Virus record (IMG/VR): IMGVR_UViG_3300032011_000115
Span: 1 to 25,533 of that record
DNA length: 25,533 nt
DNA from: a virus
Lineage: Duplodnaviria > Caudoviricetes
Direction: 5' to 3' (one strand)
Position numbers and translations under genes: made by a program. Below are positions 8,975-17,749 of the stretch, one piece after another. How positions within the stretch are numbered: position 1 is the first letter of the stretch; each line of letters starts with the position of its first letter. A model generated the notes under the pieces. The model saw only the letters and a list, made by a program, of their open reading frames with translations. It made no database searches and was not told where the DNA came from.

Positions 8975-10426
8975 TTAAATACCTTTGAATAATACAAAGT
9001 TATTTGCAGCTTGAGTTACAAGACATCTTTCTGAAAGGAAGTTTACTTCCATTGCATCAAGATTAGAAGTGTAAGCACCTCCAGCTGATCCAGTTAACCA
9101 AGACTTCATACGTCTGTCTTCTGTTTGAGAAGCTCTATAACGTACGTGTAAAAATGGTCTTCTTATATTAGTACCTAAAATTTGATCGTAAACTGTTGAA
9201 GTACCTGCTGGTATTAAAACACCTTCGATTGATTGAGTACCTGCAATTGCTCCTCTTGTAGAAGCATCATTTAAGTATTTCCAGTCAGTTTTATAGAAGT
9301 CATAAGAACCTCTTCTGAAACCACTAAATCCAAGATTTAAAGCCATTTCTTCTGAGTTTTCAAATAATCCATAAGCTGTACCACCGTTAGCACCATAAGA
9401 TACATTAGCAAGCATGTTATCAAATTCTAATGCAGTTGATCTTTGTAAGAACAGCATATTTTCTTCAATAGCACCTTGAGTATCTAGGTTTTTAAGTATT
9501 TCATCAAAGTCATCTATACCAGCTGCGCCAGCAAATCCAACTTCTACGTTACCTCTTGATGAGATAGCGGCGAAAAGACCTTCAGTACCTTTAAACCCTG
9601 AAGCAGCAGCATTATTTCCAGCAGCCGCCACAGCGATCTCACCTTCAACACATACCATTTCTAGGTAATCTTCAAATCGTAATCTAGTTTCAGATTCCGC
9701 TTTTAAGTACCATAGATAACCAGTAGTTCCATCTTCTGTAGCAACTTCAACCCAACCTATTTGAGCCATATCTGATCCGTTTATTGTATAAACATTTCTG
9801 ATAATAACTGGTGAGTTATTATATTGTTGAAAAGCTGGAGTAATAGTAATTTGTGGTTGTACAGTATTATTTAAAGCTAAAGCTCCAGCACCTGCATTAG
9901 ATGTGGATGCGCCTTTAACAAATTCTGAACCATAAACAAATATTTTTACTGAAGTACCTAAACCGCTTAAATCTGTACTTAAATAAGGAGCAACAGTTAT
10001 AACACCAGTAGCGGTATTAGAAGCTGTTACAACACATTTTGCTTCATTGCCACTATCGTCTAAAACTACAATAGTTTGACCTGGAGATACTACATTTCTT
10101 GTAACACCAGGAGCTGTTGCAGCAGGAACAGTAATAGTGGATGGATTAGCTTGATCGTTAACACAGTTGTCATATGCTATATGTAATCTATTTTGCTCTG
10201 ACCAAACAACTTGATCTGAAGTCAGAGGCATTTCAGCACCTACCATACGTAAGAAACCAGATAGAGTTCTATTTCCATATCTCTCTACTTCTTGTTCATA
10301 TATTTCTGGTAGATATTGCTGAGCAAAATCACTTGTCCCATCTGTAAAAGATAGGTAATTACTGGCTAATAGCTGCTGATTAGGAGCAGGAACTATTGAG
10401 CCAAATTGTGGAGTTAAAATTCCCAT
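8975..10426 (-). CDS. Major capsid protein (HK97 fold, crAss-like type)
   Basis: 483 aa. Motifs AQQYLPEIYEQEVERYGNR, SDQVVWSEQNRLH, GYLWYLKAESETRLRFEDYLE, NLGFSGFRRGSYDFYKTDWKYLN, RPFLHVRYR. Follows portal and scaffold; followed by a terminator. Confidence 0.85.
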   Translation of the reverse strand: MGILTPQFGSIVPAPNQQLLASNYLSFTDGTSDFAQQYLPEIYEQEVERYGNRTLSGFLRMVGAEMPLTSDQVVWSEQNRLHIAYDNCVNDQANPSTITVPAATAPGVTRNVVSPGQTIVVLDDSGNEAKCVVTASNTATGVITVAPYLSTDLSGLGTSVKIFVYGSEFVKGASTSNAGAGALALNNTVQPQITITPAFQQYNNSPVIIRNVYTINGSDMAQIGWVEVATEDGTTGYLWYLKAESETRLRFEDYLEMVCVEGEIAVAAAGNNAAASGFKGTEGLFAAISSRGNVEVGFAGAAGIDDFDEILKNLDTQGAIEENMLFLQRSTALEFDNMLANVSYGANGGTAYGLFENSEEMALNLGFSGFRRGSYDFYKTDWKYLNDASTRGAIAGTQSIEGVLIPAGTSTVYDQILGTNIRRPFLHVRYRASQTEDRRMKSWLTGSAGGAYTSNLDAMEVNFLSERCLVTQAANNFVLFKGI

Positions 10427-10443
10427 AATTTATTTATTAATTT

Positions 10444-11739
10444 TTAATTAAACGTTTTCTTTTTTATTTTCAATTTTGAAGAATCAAGCCCACTAATTGC
10501 TTTTACTTTTAAACCACCAACAAATATTTCTCCAGATGCCGTTTTACGTGGCTCTAAATTTATATTTTTTGATTTAGCCATTGTTTCTTTAATTGCATCG
10601 GTTTTACCTTGCTCATAAAAATGATTAGCTATAGTATCAGCATTTTGTGCGGCATATAAAGCTTTATGATAACCTCTGGCATCTTGTATCTCTCCTTTGT
10701 CATTTAAGAACGTCTTAATAAAGTTCGATATATCACTTTGGTTATCGGCAACAGTTGAAGGATCTTTTATTCCGTATCTGAATTTTTTATCTCCTAATTT
10801 AAAATCAAAACCTTTGAATTCGTTGTTGAGAAGGCTTTTTGTTTCAGTTACAAATCTTTCATGTTTAGCTTCACTTGCTTGCTTGTCTTCGTTATAGCGA
10901 TTGAAAAAATCCATAGCTTTTTGTTGTTCTTGAGTAACACCGGGTCTCAACTTGATTTCAGCATAATACTCTTTTTTAAGATCTTCCAAAAAACTTTTGG
11001 CTTTCGCTATCTCTTCTTTATAAGCGAGTTTTTTCTTTTTTATATCTCGCTCATCATCAACCTCTTCATCATATTGAAAAGTATCTTCAATAATAAAATT
11101 TACTTCTTCAGTATTTAAATGAGGTTTAGCTTTTTTGTAATATTCTTGTAGTAACAGACCGTTGTCAACATTGCTATAATCAGCATTTAATCTAGCGTAG
11201 TCTTCAACAGTTCCACCTGTTTCTTTCATGAATTTTACTAATTTTTCTACATTTTCAGGAAGTTCTTGTGTTTTATCTTCCTGTAATATTTTTTCCTGTT
11301 CCGGTAAGGTAGTGGTAGTTTCAGTGCTTACATCCACTCCTGTTTCGTTAGAATTATCTTCTTCATCTGTAATCTCTTGTATTGGTGAATCAGATTTTTC
11401 TTCTTTTACTTCTTCTTCTTTTTTATCTTCAATAGTGGAAATGGACTCCCGTACTTGTTCATCCATTTTAACCATATCTGCGGCTTGTTTTTCTTCAGCC
11501 AATTTTCCTGTTCCGTCGATTGAAATGGCATCTTTTTCTTCTTTTTTAGGTTTACTTAAATCTACCTTTATCATTTCAGGTACTTTATCTTCACCTAGTT
11601 GTTTTGGTTTAGTTACTTTTTTTATTTTAAAACTTCCTTCTTCTTTAGTAGGTTCAGACACTTCAGCTGTTGTAACTGCTTTAGTTTCTTCTACTTTTTC
11701 TAATACTTTTTCTTTTATTTTTGTTTCTTTTTTTGACAT
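10444..11739 (-). CDS. Putative scaffolding/capsid assembly protein
   Basis: Likely start is ATG 11739 (MSKKETK, 431 aa); the track start at 11784 overlaps the portal gene and translates the AT-only leader. Glu/Lys-rich disordered N-terminal half, then LPENVEKLVKFMKETGGTVEDYARLN and a coiled-coil region. Lies between portal and capsid genes. Confidence 0.65.
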   Translation of the reverse strand: MSKKETKIKEKVLEKVEETKAVTTAEVSEPTKEEGSFKIKKVTKPKQLGEDKVPEMIKVDLSKPKKEEKDAISIDGTGKLAEEKQAADMVKMDEQVRESISTIEDKKEEEVKEEKSDSPIQEITDEEDNSNETGVDVSTETTTTLPEQEKILQEDKTQELPENVEKLVKFMKETGGTVEDYARLNADYSNVDNGLLLQEYYKKAKPHLNTEEVNFIIEDTFQYDEEVDDERDIKKKKLAYKEEIAKAKSFLEDLKKEYYAEIKLRPGVTQEQQKAMDFFNRYNEDKQASEAKHERFVTETKSLLNNEFKGFDFKLGDKKFRYGIKDPSTVADNQSDISNFIKTFLNDKGEIQDARGYHKALYAAQNADTIANHFYEQGKTDAIKETMAKSKNINLEPRKTASGEIFVGGLKVKAISGLDSSKLKIKKKTFN

Positions 11740-11770
11740 AATATAATAATATAAAATTAATAATAAATTT

Positions 11771-14182
11771 TTATTTAGGACCAAATTGCTCTAAACCAAA
11801 TCCTCCTAATGTATCATTACCTGCTGATTCAAAATCTTTTGGTAGTAAATCATTTTGTCTTTGATTTATAAGTTCACTTTGTTGTGTTCCTTGTATTTTT
11901 ACTCTTTTATCTTTTCGATCTTCAATTTCAGCTTCTTTTTGTTGTTGTGCTCTTGATTGTAAACGAGCAAGTTCTAGATCGTAATTAAATTCTTCTGCCA
12001 TTAATTGTTTTTTAATTACAGCTTCTTGCTCCATTCTTTGAATTTCAAATTGAGATTTAGCTTGTTCAATTTGAATTTCAGTTTCAGCTAATGCTTGTTG
12101 TTTTTGAACTTCAGCTAAAGCAGCTTTTTCTGCTGATTCAGCGTTAGCGGCAGCTTGTGCTTCTATGTTTTCTAACTGTTGAGCTCTTTCTATCTCTTGC
12201 TTTTTCTTTTGACGAGATTTTAAACTTTGATTAGCTAATTTAAGGTTTCTTATTTCTCTTAAATCTATCGCATCTTCCAATCCAATATTACCTGCTTGTA
12301 AGGCTATTTGTATATTTTGTTCTAATGTTGCTTTATCTTCTTCTTCAGGTTCTAATTCTAGAAATATTCCAAAATCATGTAAACTTAATTTCTTTATTTC
12401 TTGTAAAGTATTTGTATTAAAAGTATTTATACTAGTTAATAAACTTTGTTCAGTAAGAGGAAATTGAAGCATATCAGCTACTCTTAAACTTATATTTTCA
12501 CAAACTCTTATAGTTAAATACATTAATGATTGTAATATATGTTTAGTAGCTGTATTGGAATTTGCCGCAGCTAATTTTTGTAGTCCAACCAATGAATCTT
12601 TTGCTGGTGTACTACCATCTCTAGCTTCGTTAAGCCCAGTGACATCTCTTATCATTTGTAAATAATACTGATAAGTTTGAATCATAGCTTGAATTTTAGA
12701 CATTCCATTTGACGTCTGTAATTCTTGAACAGGCACTTTACCTCTATTCAATTCACCATCTTGTGTTAAAGATCTTCCAACTATACTACCTGTTTGAAAG
12801 TACATATTTAAGGCTTCTGATGGATTATAATTAGTACCGTTTCCTAAATCTACTTCTGCAAGTCCATCTACATCCAAATATACACCATCTGGTACCATTC
12901 TTGATAACACTTGTTGTAATTTTAAATGAGTTAATTGAATCATATCTGCAAAACCTACACTTTTACTAACTAAAGATTCAATTCTACCTTGATACATTCT
13001 AGGTGCACTAATGATATAATTCATATTTACTTTAGTAGTATCACTATAAGGACGAGTCATATTTTCACTCAATTCCCATTGAAGTAAATTATTAGCTAAA
13101 CCTAATACTTTAGCTCCAGAATATAAAACTTCAATAGATCTTGACACTCTATCAAAATTATCATTTGGAGGAGGATTAAAGGTATCTGGTTTTTCTAATG
13201 TTTTTTCTAAACCTTGTTCGGTTTGCTTTATTTTAAATACCTGATCTTGGTATGTTTTATATTCAAAAAATAAAACTTGAACTTGATCCTGTGTTTCTTG
13301 TCCCCACCACGTATTTTCTACGTAAGAATTTCTTCCGGGATATTTTTGGATTTCCTCTAATTCACTTTCAGTTAAATAAGGAAATTGTCTTTTAACTTCA
13401 GAAAGTGACATATTTTTAATTTCTCCTACATAATAAATATCTTCAAAATTAGGATCATCTGTATATGAATATACTATGTTGGCTGGATTAACGTAATCTA
13501 CCGTTATTCCTTCAGATAAATTAAAACTGGTTTTAACACAACTAATTCCTAAAACAGACAAATCGTATGCTAATCTTTTTTTAGTTTCATCGTATTTATT
13601 ATAATCTAAAATATTATTTATAACTTCTTCCTCCGCTATTTCAATGCTTTGTTTATAACTTAATTGCATATAAAGATCTAATTCTCCTGGATCTTCTGGT
13701 AAATTTAACGGATCTGCAGATGAATAATAACTTTTTCCAGTCATTTGAGTTAACTGCTCTATTTCAGCTTTGTTTTGAATATCTCTTAATGCATTTTCCG
13801 CAAATGTAGTTCTTTGTTTGTTTGCGAAAGGATCTTGTGCGTAGGATTTTATTTCATATCCTTTATCTGTCATTCCATTAACTACAATATCAACAAATTT
13901 AGATAAAATTGGTACGGGTTTCCAGTCTAAGTTAAGATAAGATAAATCACCGTTTATAGCTAATTCATCTTTATATTTTTGAACTGGTTGTTCTCCTCTA
14001 GCATATAATCTTAATCTATTAAAATTTTGAAAATTATTAATAAATCTATTTTGACCACTAGAATTTCTAAACCACTCATATTCAATAGCTTGAGCCACTT
14101 GTAACCCATACTCTCTAGATTTTTTCTCTTCTTCAGGTACTACCTGATCGGGGAAAGCACTATTATAGTTAATCTTAACCAT
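11771..14182 (-). CDS. Portal protein
   Basis: 803 aa. Motifs RLYARGEQPVQKYK, YLNLDWKPVPILSKFVDIVV, MYFQTGSIVGRS, IRDVTGLNEARDGS, long Gln/Glu coiled-coil C-terminus. Directly downstream of terL. Confidence 0.85.
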   Translation of the reverse strand: MVKINYNSAFPDQVVPEEEKKSREYGLQVAQAIEYEWFRNSSGQNRFINNFQNFNRLRLYARGEQPVQKYKDELAINGDLSYLNLDWKPVPILSKFVDIVVNGMTDKGYEIKSYAQDPFANKQRTTFAENALRDIQNKAEIEQLTQMTGKSYYSSADPLNLPEDPGELDLYMQLSYKQSIEIAEEEVINNILDYNKYDETKKRLAYDLSVLGISCVKTSFNLSEGITVDYVNPANIVYSYTDDPNFEDIYYVGEIKNMSLSEVKRQFPYLTESELEEIQKYPGRNSYVENTWWGQETQDQVQVLFFEYKTYQDQVFKIKQTEQGLEKTLEKPDTFNPPPNDNFDRVSRSIEVLYSGAKVLGLANNLLQWELSENMTRPYSDTTKVNMNYIISAPRMYQGRIESLVSKSVGFADMIQLTHLKLQQVLSRMVPDGVYLDVDGLAEVDLGNGTNYNPSEALNMYFQTGSIVGRSLTQDGELNRGKVPVQELQTSNGMSKIQAMIQTYQYYLQMIRDVTGLNEARDGSTPAKDSLVGLQKLAAANSNTATKHILQSLMYLTIRVCENISLRVADMLQFPLTEQSLLTSINTFNTNTLQEIKKLSLHDFGIFLELEPEEEDKATLEQNIQIALQAGNIGLEDAIDLREIRNLKLANQSLKSRQKKKQEIERAQQLENIEAQAAANAESAEKAALAEVQKQQALAETEIQIEQAKSQFEIQRMEQEAVIKKQLMAEEFNYDLELARLQSRAQQQKEAEIEDRKDKRVKIQGTQQSELINQRQNDLLPKDFESAGNDTLGGFGLEQFGPK

Positions 14183-16405
14183 CTAATTTAGTATTTTTGA
14201 ATTTACTCCTTTATTATCATATTTTTTAAAACCTAAAGGTACACTTGTTATTGTTCTTTCAGCAGTAGGTCTATATCTATTTTTATTACAAGCCATAATT
14301 GCTAATCCAGAACTTATAGACGCATCGTGTAAAGTTCTATTATTAATATTGAATTTAGCCCAATCTTCAAGAGTTTTTTGGAAATACATATCTCCATAAT
14401 TTTCTCCATTATATCCTATAAAATTTTCAATATAATCTTCTATTGCAGCAGCATGAGCTTGTTTTATATCTTCGCTAGAGTTAGGTATTCCACCTATTTC
14501 TCTTTCTGTTACAGATAGTTTATTATAAATTTTATCAGGTCTATTCATTGAGTACCCTCGGTAACCTCTTCTTTTTAAATAATACAATAATCGAGGTTTG
14601 TTGTTTTCTGCAAGTAATGGCATGCCATAAAAAACTAAAGCCATTAATACTTCTTCAAAAAATATTTCTGCAGTTTGTGGTCGTGCTATATATTCTAAAA
14701 AAAATGTATTAGGAGGAACATCCTCCATTGTAAATTTTGTAAGACCATGCAAAGATCCTTTTGATCCTCTACCGTCTACTGTGCCTGATATATCATAAGG
14801 GTCACAACCAAAAGCCCCACAATCATTATTACCAGGATATTTAATTCCATTTTTTATTAAGTACCTATTTTGTAAATTAATTGGAGGAACCCAAGATATA
14901 AAAAATCTTCCATTATTATTAGGAACAAATAATACTCTAGTATCTTTAATCCCACCTTCCCATTGAAAATTACCTTGAGTAACAATATTTGTGTTTCTTA
15001 AATCCTCATTATAATCAATTTGTTCGTAAATTTTTGTTAAATTAAACAAAGATTCCTTAGCTTCATCTCTAAAAGCATGTTTTTCAGTTCTGGGAAATTG
15101 ACGATAAAATTCATTTAAACTATCTTGATCATCTTTTAATCCTTCAACTTCGTTTTCCCAATGGGAAATGACCCCAATTTCAATTTGCGATCCATCGATC
15201 CCAGGTATTGCTTTTTTCGGAGTTTCAAAGACAGGTATTCCATAAGCATCAAGGTATCCTTCGTAGTTCCATTCCATAGGTATGAACAAACTATATAATC
15301 CTGAGTTAGTCTGTCCATTGCGGTTTCTTTTTGTAACATCTGATGCATCATATAATTTTTTAAAATTATTTCCTCCTTTATCTAAAGCGTTTGAAGTAGA
15401 ACCCATCATACATTTTCCAACTATTCTACTTCCTAACCTTAATGTGGTTTTTGTGACCCTCCAGTTGTTGAGGATGTTGTCGGGCCTCTCCCATTTCCCT
15501 GATTCATCATGGGCGAGAAGTTGTAATTTCTCCCCATCGTACGAGTTGTCCCCGGTATTCTTCCAGTCGATCGTTGTGTCCAATCCTTGTATTTCTTCAA
15601 CTTTGGTGTTTTCGTCCAACTTCTTTCTCGTAAGTTTGGATGCTGGTACTCTATAGGCAAGTTCCGTTTTGGGCCTGTCCATACCGTCTTGAATCGGTTT
15701 GAAGAAAAATGGGTAGTTAACCGATATCGGTACAACTTTATCTGTAAACATCTTTTTAGCATCGGCTCCAGTCTTAGATAAAATTCCGTATCGTGAATCA
15801 CTGGATATGGTTGCTTGGTGTACCAATTCTGAAGACGCCATGAACGAAAAGCCAGACCGTCTATTTTTAAGGTAGCACATTCCATAACATCTGGTATCCA
15901 ACTTACAGGCCTCCCAGAAAATGAAGAATAATCTGTTCGATTCCCTAAATTCTGCTGACCCAACATCAATCTTGGTCCATTGCAGGTACATGTAATGAGA
16001 ACCAGTAATGTAAGTAGGATTACCTTTATTGTAGAACCAAAAACCTTCTTCACGTCTTTTAAATTCTTCGTCAATATAATCATACCATTTATTTTTAAAA
16101 TCAAGAGATCTATCATTCCAATCAAAAACTGTTTTAAGTTTGGATAATTCTTTTGGATAGTTAAAAACCTCCCAATACTGTTCATCTTTCTTTTTTGCTC
16201 TTTTATATACTGTTTTTTCGAGTGGTAATGCAATCTTTAGACCTTGGATTTCATATATTTCGCCAATTTCTCCAGTTTTGCTGATAACCACAATATCATT
16301 TTCTTTATCATAACCTTGTTTCCATTTTTTATATCTATTGTTTCTTTTTATTACATTAGATTTAATATGATTAGGTAAAATTTTATATAAAGTTTGTGTG
16401 TACAT
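14183..16405 (-). CDS. terL: Terminase large subunit
   Basis: 740 aa. Walker A-like LKNRRSGFS, Walker B LLAHDESGKW, coupling motif MMGSTSN, nuclease motifs GAFGCDPYD, LAENNKP and HDASISSGLA. Confidence 0.9.
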   Translation of the reverse strand: MYTQTLYKILPNHIKSNVIKRNNRYKKWKQGYDKENDIVVISKTGEIGEIYEIQGLKIALPLEKTVYKRAKKKDEQYWEVFNYPKELSKLKTVFDWNDRSLDFKNKWYDYIDEEFKRREEGFWFYNKGNPTYITGSHYMYLQWTKIDVGSAEFRESNRLFFIFWEACKLDTRCYGMCYLKNRRSGFSFMASSELVHQATISSDSRYGILSKTGADAKKMFTDKVVPISVNYPFFFKPIQDGMDRPKTELAYRVPASKLTRKKLDENTKVEEIQGLDTTIDWKNTGDNSYDGEKLQLLAHDESGKWERPDNILNNWRVTKTTLRLGSRIVGKCMMGSTSNALDKGGNNFKKLYDASDVTKRNRNGQTNSGLYSLFIPMEWNYEGYLDAYGIPVFETPKKAIPGIDGSQIEIGVISHWENEVEGLKDDQDSLNEFYRQFPRTEKHAFRDEAKESLFNLTKIYEQIDYNEDLRNTNIVTQGNFQWEGGIKDTRVLFVPNNNGRFFISWVPPINLQNRYLIKNGIKYPGNNDCGAFGCDPYDISGTVDGRGSKGSLHGLTKFTMEDVPPNTFFLEYIARPQTAEIFFEEVLMALVFYGMPLLAENNKPRLLYYLKRRGYRGYSMNRPDKIYNKLSVTEREIGGIPNSSEDIKQAHAAAIEDYIENFIGYNGENYGDMYFQKTLEDWAKFNINNRTLHDASISSGLAIMACNKNRYRPTAERTITSVPLGFKKYDNKGVNSKILN
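15136..15351 (-). CDS. Possible second nested ORF in the terL +1 frame (71 aa, basic)
   Basis: Same frame as the larger nested ORF. terL codons here are enriched in C/G endings (CGC, GTC, CCG, GGG ATC, TCG, GGG GTC, TCC). Confidence 0.3.
   Translation of the reverse strand: MMHQMLQKETAMDRLTQDYIVCSYLWNGTTKDTLMLMEYLSLKLRKKQYLGSMDRKLKLGSFPIGKTKLKD
15439..16053 (-). CDS. Candidate overprinted gene in the terL +1 frame encoding a lipoprotein-like exported protein (204 aa from GTG 16053; frame open from 16233)
   Basis: 264 stop-free codons. GTG start gives MKKVFGSTIKVILLTLLVLITC. GC content is locally raised and drops at the nested stop. Confidence 0.6.
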   Translation of the reverse strand: MKKVFGSTIKVILLTLLVLITCTCNGPRLMLGQQNLGNRTDYSSFSGRPVSWIPDVMECATLKIDGLAFRSWRLQNWYTKQPYPVIHDTEFYLRLEPMLKRCLQIKLYRYRLTTHFSSNRFKTVWTGPKRNLPIEYQHPNLRERSWTKTPKLKKYKDWTQRSTGRIPGTTRTMGRNYNFSPMMNQGNGRGPTTSSTTGGSQKPH

Positions 16406-16677
16406 TATCGAGATCTATTTTCTGCGAATCCTTTAAAGTTATTTCCGCGATTTTCTTCTTTAATCTCTTTTAGCATATTCTCTTCTTCTTCTATACGTGT
16501 GAGTATTTCAAAAGCATCAAAAATAGCTAATTTTTTAGTTGCTGCTGCATTTTTTAATCTATCAGCAGAAACATCATCTTCTGAGTCTACTATTTTTTCC
16601 TTAGCAACCTTAATTAATTCTTCAACAGCTTTTTGCCCAGCTTGGATTATACTCTTTTTGGTTTGCTTTGTGTTCAT
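16405..16677 (-). CDS. Small helical protein immediately upstream of terL, candidate terminase small subunit
   Basis: 90 aa, helical (ADRLKNAAATKKLAIFDAFEIL); TAATG stop/start overlap with terL. The function is inferred from position only. Confidence 0.45.
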   Translation of the reverse strand: MNTKQTKKSIIQAGQKAVEELIKVAKEKIVDSEDDVSADRLKNAAATKKLAIFDAFEILTRIEEEENMLKEIKEENRGNNFKGFAENRSR

Positions 16678-17212
16678 ATTTAATTACAATATCATTTGAT
16701 TCCATACAATATAAAAGCTCATTATCAATTATAAATTCAAATTCTCTTAATGGATTAAATCCAATAACATCACCTGGATTGATATTAAGCACTTCTAGTG
16801 AACTATTACCATATTTTAGTATACCAGTATTCTTTATAATTTTTTCATCTTCTGATACCGGTTTTACAAAACAATAATTTTCATTAGTATTCCATGTATT
16901 GTTTCTATAATACATATAAACTTGAGAAGGAATTGCAAAGTATAAATCATCTTTAAAATATTTACTACTATTTACAGACTTACCTTTCATATTATAATAT
17001 CTTCTAAATAAATTATGATGAACTATAACTTTATCTCCTTTATTTATAGATGTTTTATATACAAGTGGAACAGACACAACTTCTGCTTCTCTATTTATAA
17101 ATTTATGATTAGATATACTAGAATTTATGATTAATTCTTTATTTTCAATATTAATTTTATTTTTATATCTTTCACCTATAGGTTTTATAATAAATTGATA
17201 TAAACTATTCAT
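16622..17212 (-). CDS. GroES-like co-chaperonin with two tandem GroES-fold domains
   Basis: 196 aa. Domain 1: FIIKP...EAEVVSVP...INKGDKVIV. Domain 2: CFVKPV...TGILKYG...INPGDVIGF...EFIIDNELLYCMESNDIVIKY. Each follows the GroES pattern. Confidence 0.65.
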   Translation of the reverse strand: MNSLYQFIIKPIGERYKNKINIENKELIINSSISNHKFINREAEVVSVPLVYKTSINKGDKVIVHHNLFRRYYNMKGKSVNSSKYFKDDLYFAIPSQVYMYYRNNTWNTNENYCFVKPVSEDEKIIKNTGILKYGNSSLEVLNINPGDVIGFNPLREFEFIIDNELLYCMESNDIVIKYEHKANQKEYNPSWAKSC

Positions 17213-17442
17213 TAATATTCTAGATCATATTCAACAGATATAGCCATTTGAGAATTAAATTTTTTCCATGGCAATACCTCGTCATCTTTTTTTATAAATA
17301 TATTATAAGATTGTTCTTCTTCATTATTTAAAATATGAGAGATAGTATGACCGCCATACACTTGCTGACCTACAGCGTAATGCATGGCATCATTTTTATA
17401 ATCAGAGCCAATACTGATTTTTCTTATAACTTTACTGCTCAC
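17212..17442 (-). CDS. Hypothetical small beta-rich phage protein
   Basis: 76 aa (IRKISIGSDYKNDAMHYAVGQQVYGGH). Overlaps the upstream gene by 11 nt and the downstream gene by TAATG. Confidence 0.7.
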   Translation of the reverse strand: MSSKVIRKISIGSDYKNDAMHYAVGQQVYGGHTISHILNNEEEQSYNIFIKKDDEVLPWKKFNSQMAISVEYDLEY

Positions 17443-17749
17443 TTTTTTTATCTTCTTCTTTTTTATCTTCTATCATAGTATAACTACCGTCATCAAGACT
17501 AATATTTATACCTCCATATTCTTCTTCAAGTTTTGTTTTAAACTCCTCAGCATCTTGTACAATACCAGCATATTTATGTAATAAACCATGTTTTTGGCTT
17601 TCTAAATATCCTATATCTCTTAATGATTGAGTTATTTCTTCTTGTTGTTTTTTAATAGTAGATAATTGTTCTTCAGTTATTTTTCCTGCAACTTTTTTAT
17701 TTTTATCGTCACAAGAAGAACATCCTTCTGTTGTTTCTTTTTTTGTCAT
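17432..17749 (-). CDS. Hypothetical coiled-coil protein with N-terminal CxxC
   Basis: 105 aa. CSSC, then a long amphipathic helix and the hairpin-like EEYGGINISLDDGSY. Confidence 0.7.
   Translation of the reverse strand: MTKKETTEGCSSCDDKNKKVAGKITEEQLSTIKKQQEEITQSLRDIGYLESQKHGLLHKYAGIVQDAEEFKTKLEEEYGGINISLDDGSYTMIEDKKEEDKKSEQ

Noticed and set aside
11228-11746. 172-aa Ser/Phe-rich plus-strand ORF
   Set aside because: Mirror of the Glu/Lys-rich scaffold N-terminus; no independent support.
11740-11784. Track start of the scaffold ORF at 11784
   Set aside because: Overlaps the portal 3' end and translates the AT-only leader; ATG 11739 is more plausible.
15282-15781. Plus-strand ORFs of 124 and 64 aa opposite terL
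   Set aside because: Explained as antisense shadows, helped by the local codon shift; no protein-like features, unlike the same-strand +1 ORF.
14183-16405. Intron or intein in terL as the cause of the GC-rich patch
   Set aside because: The frame is continuous, the patch encodes the ATPase motifs themselves, and no intein splice or homing-endonuclease motifs are visible.
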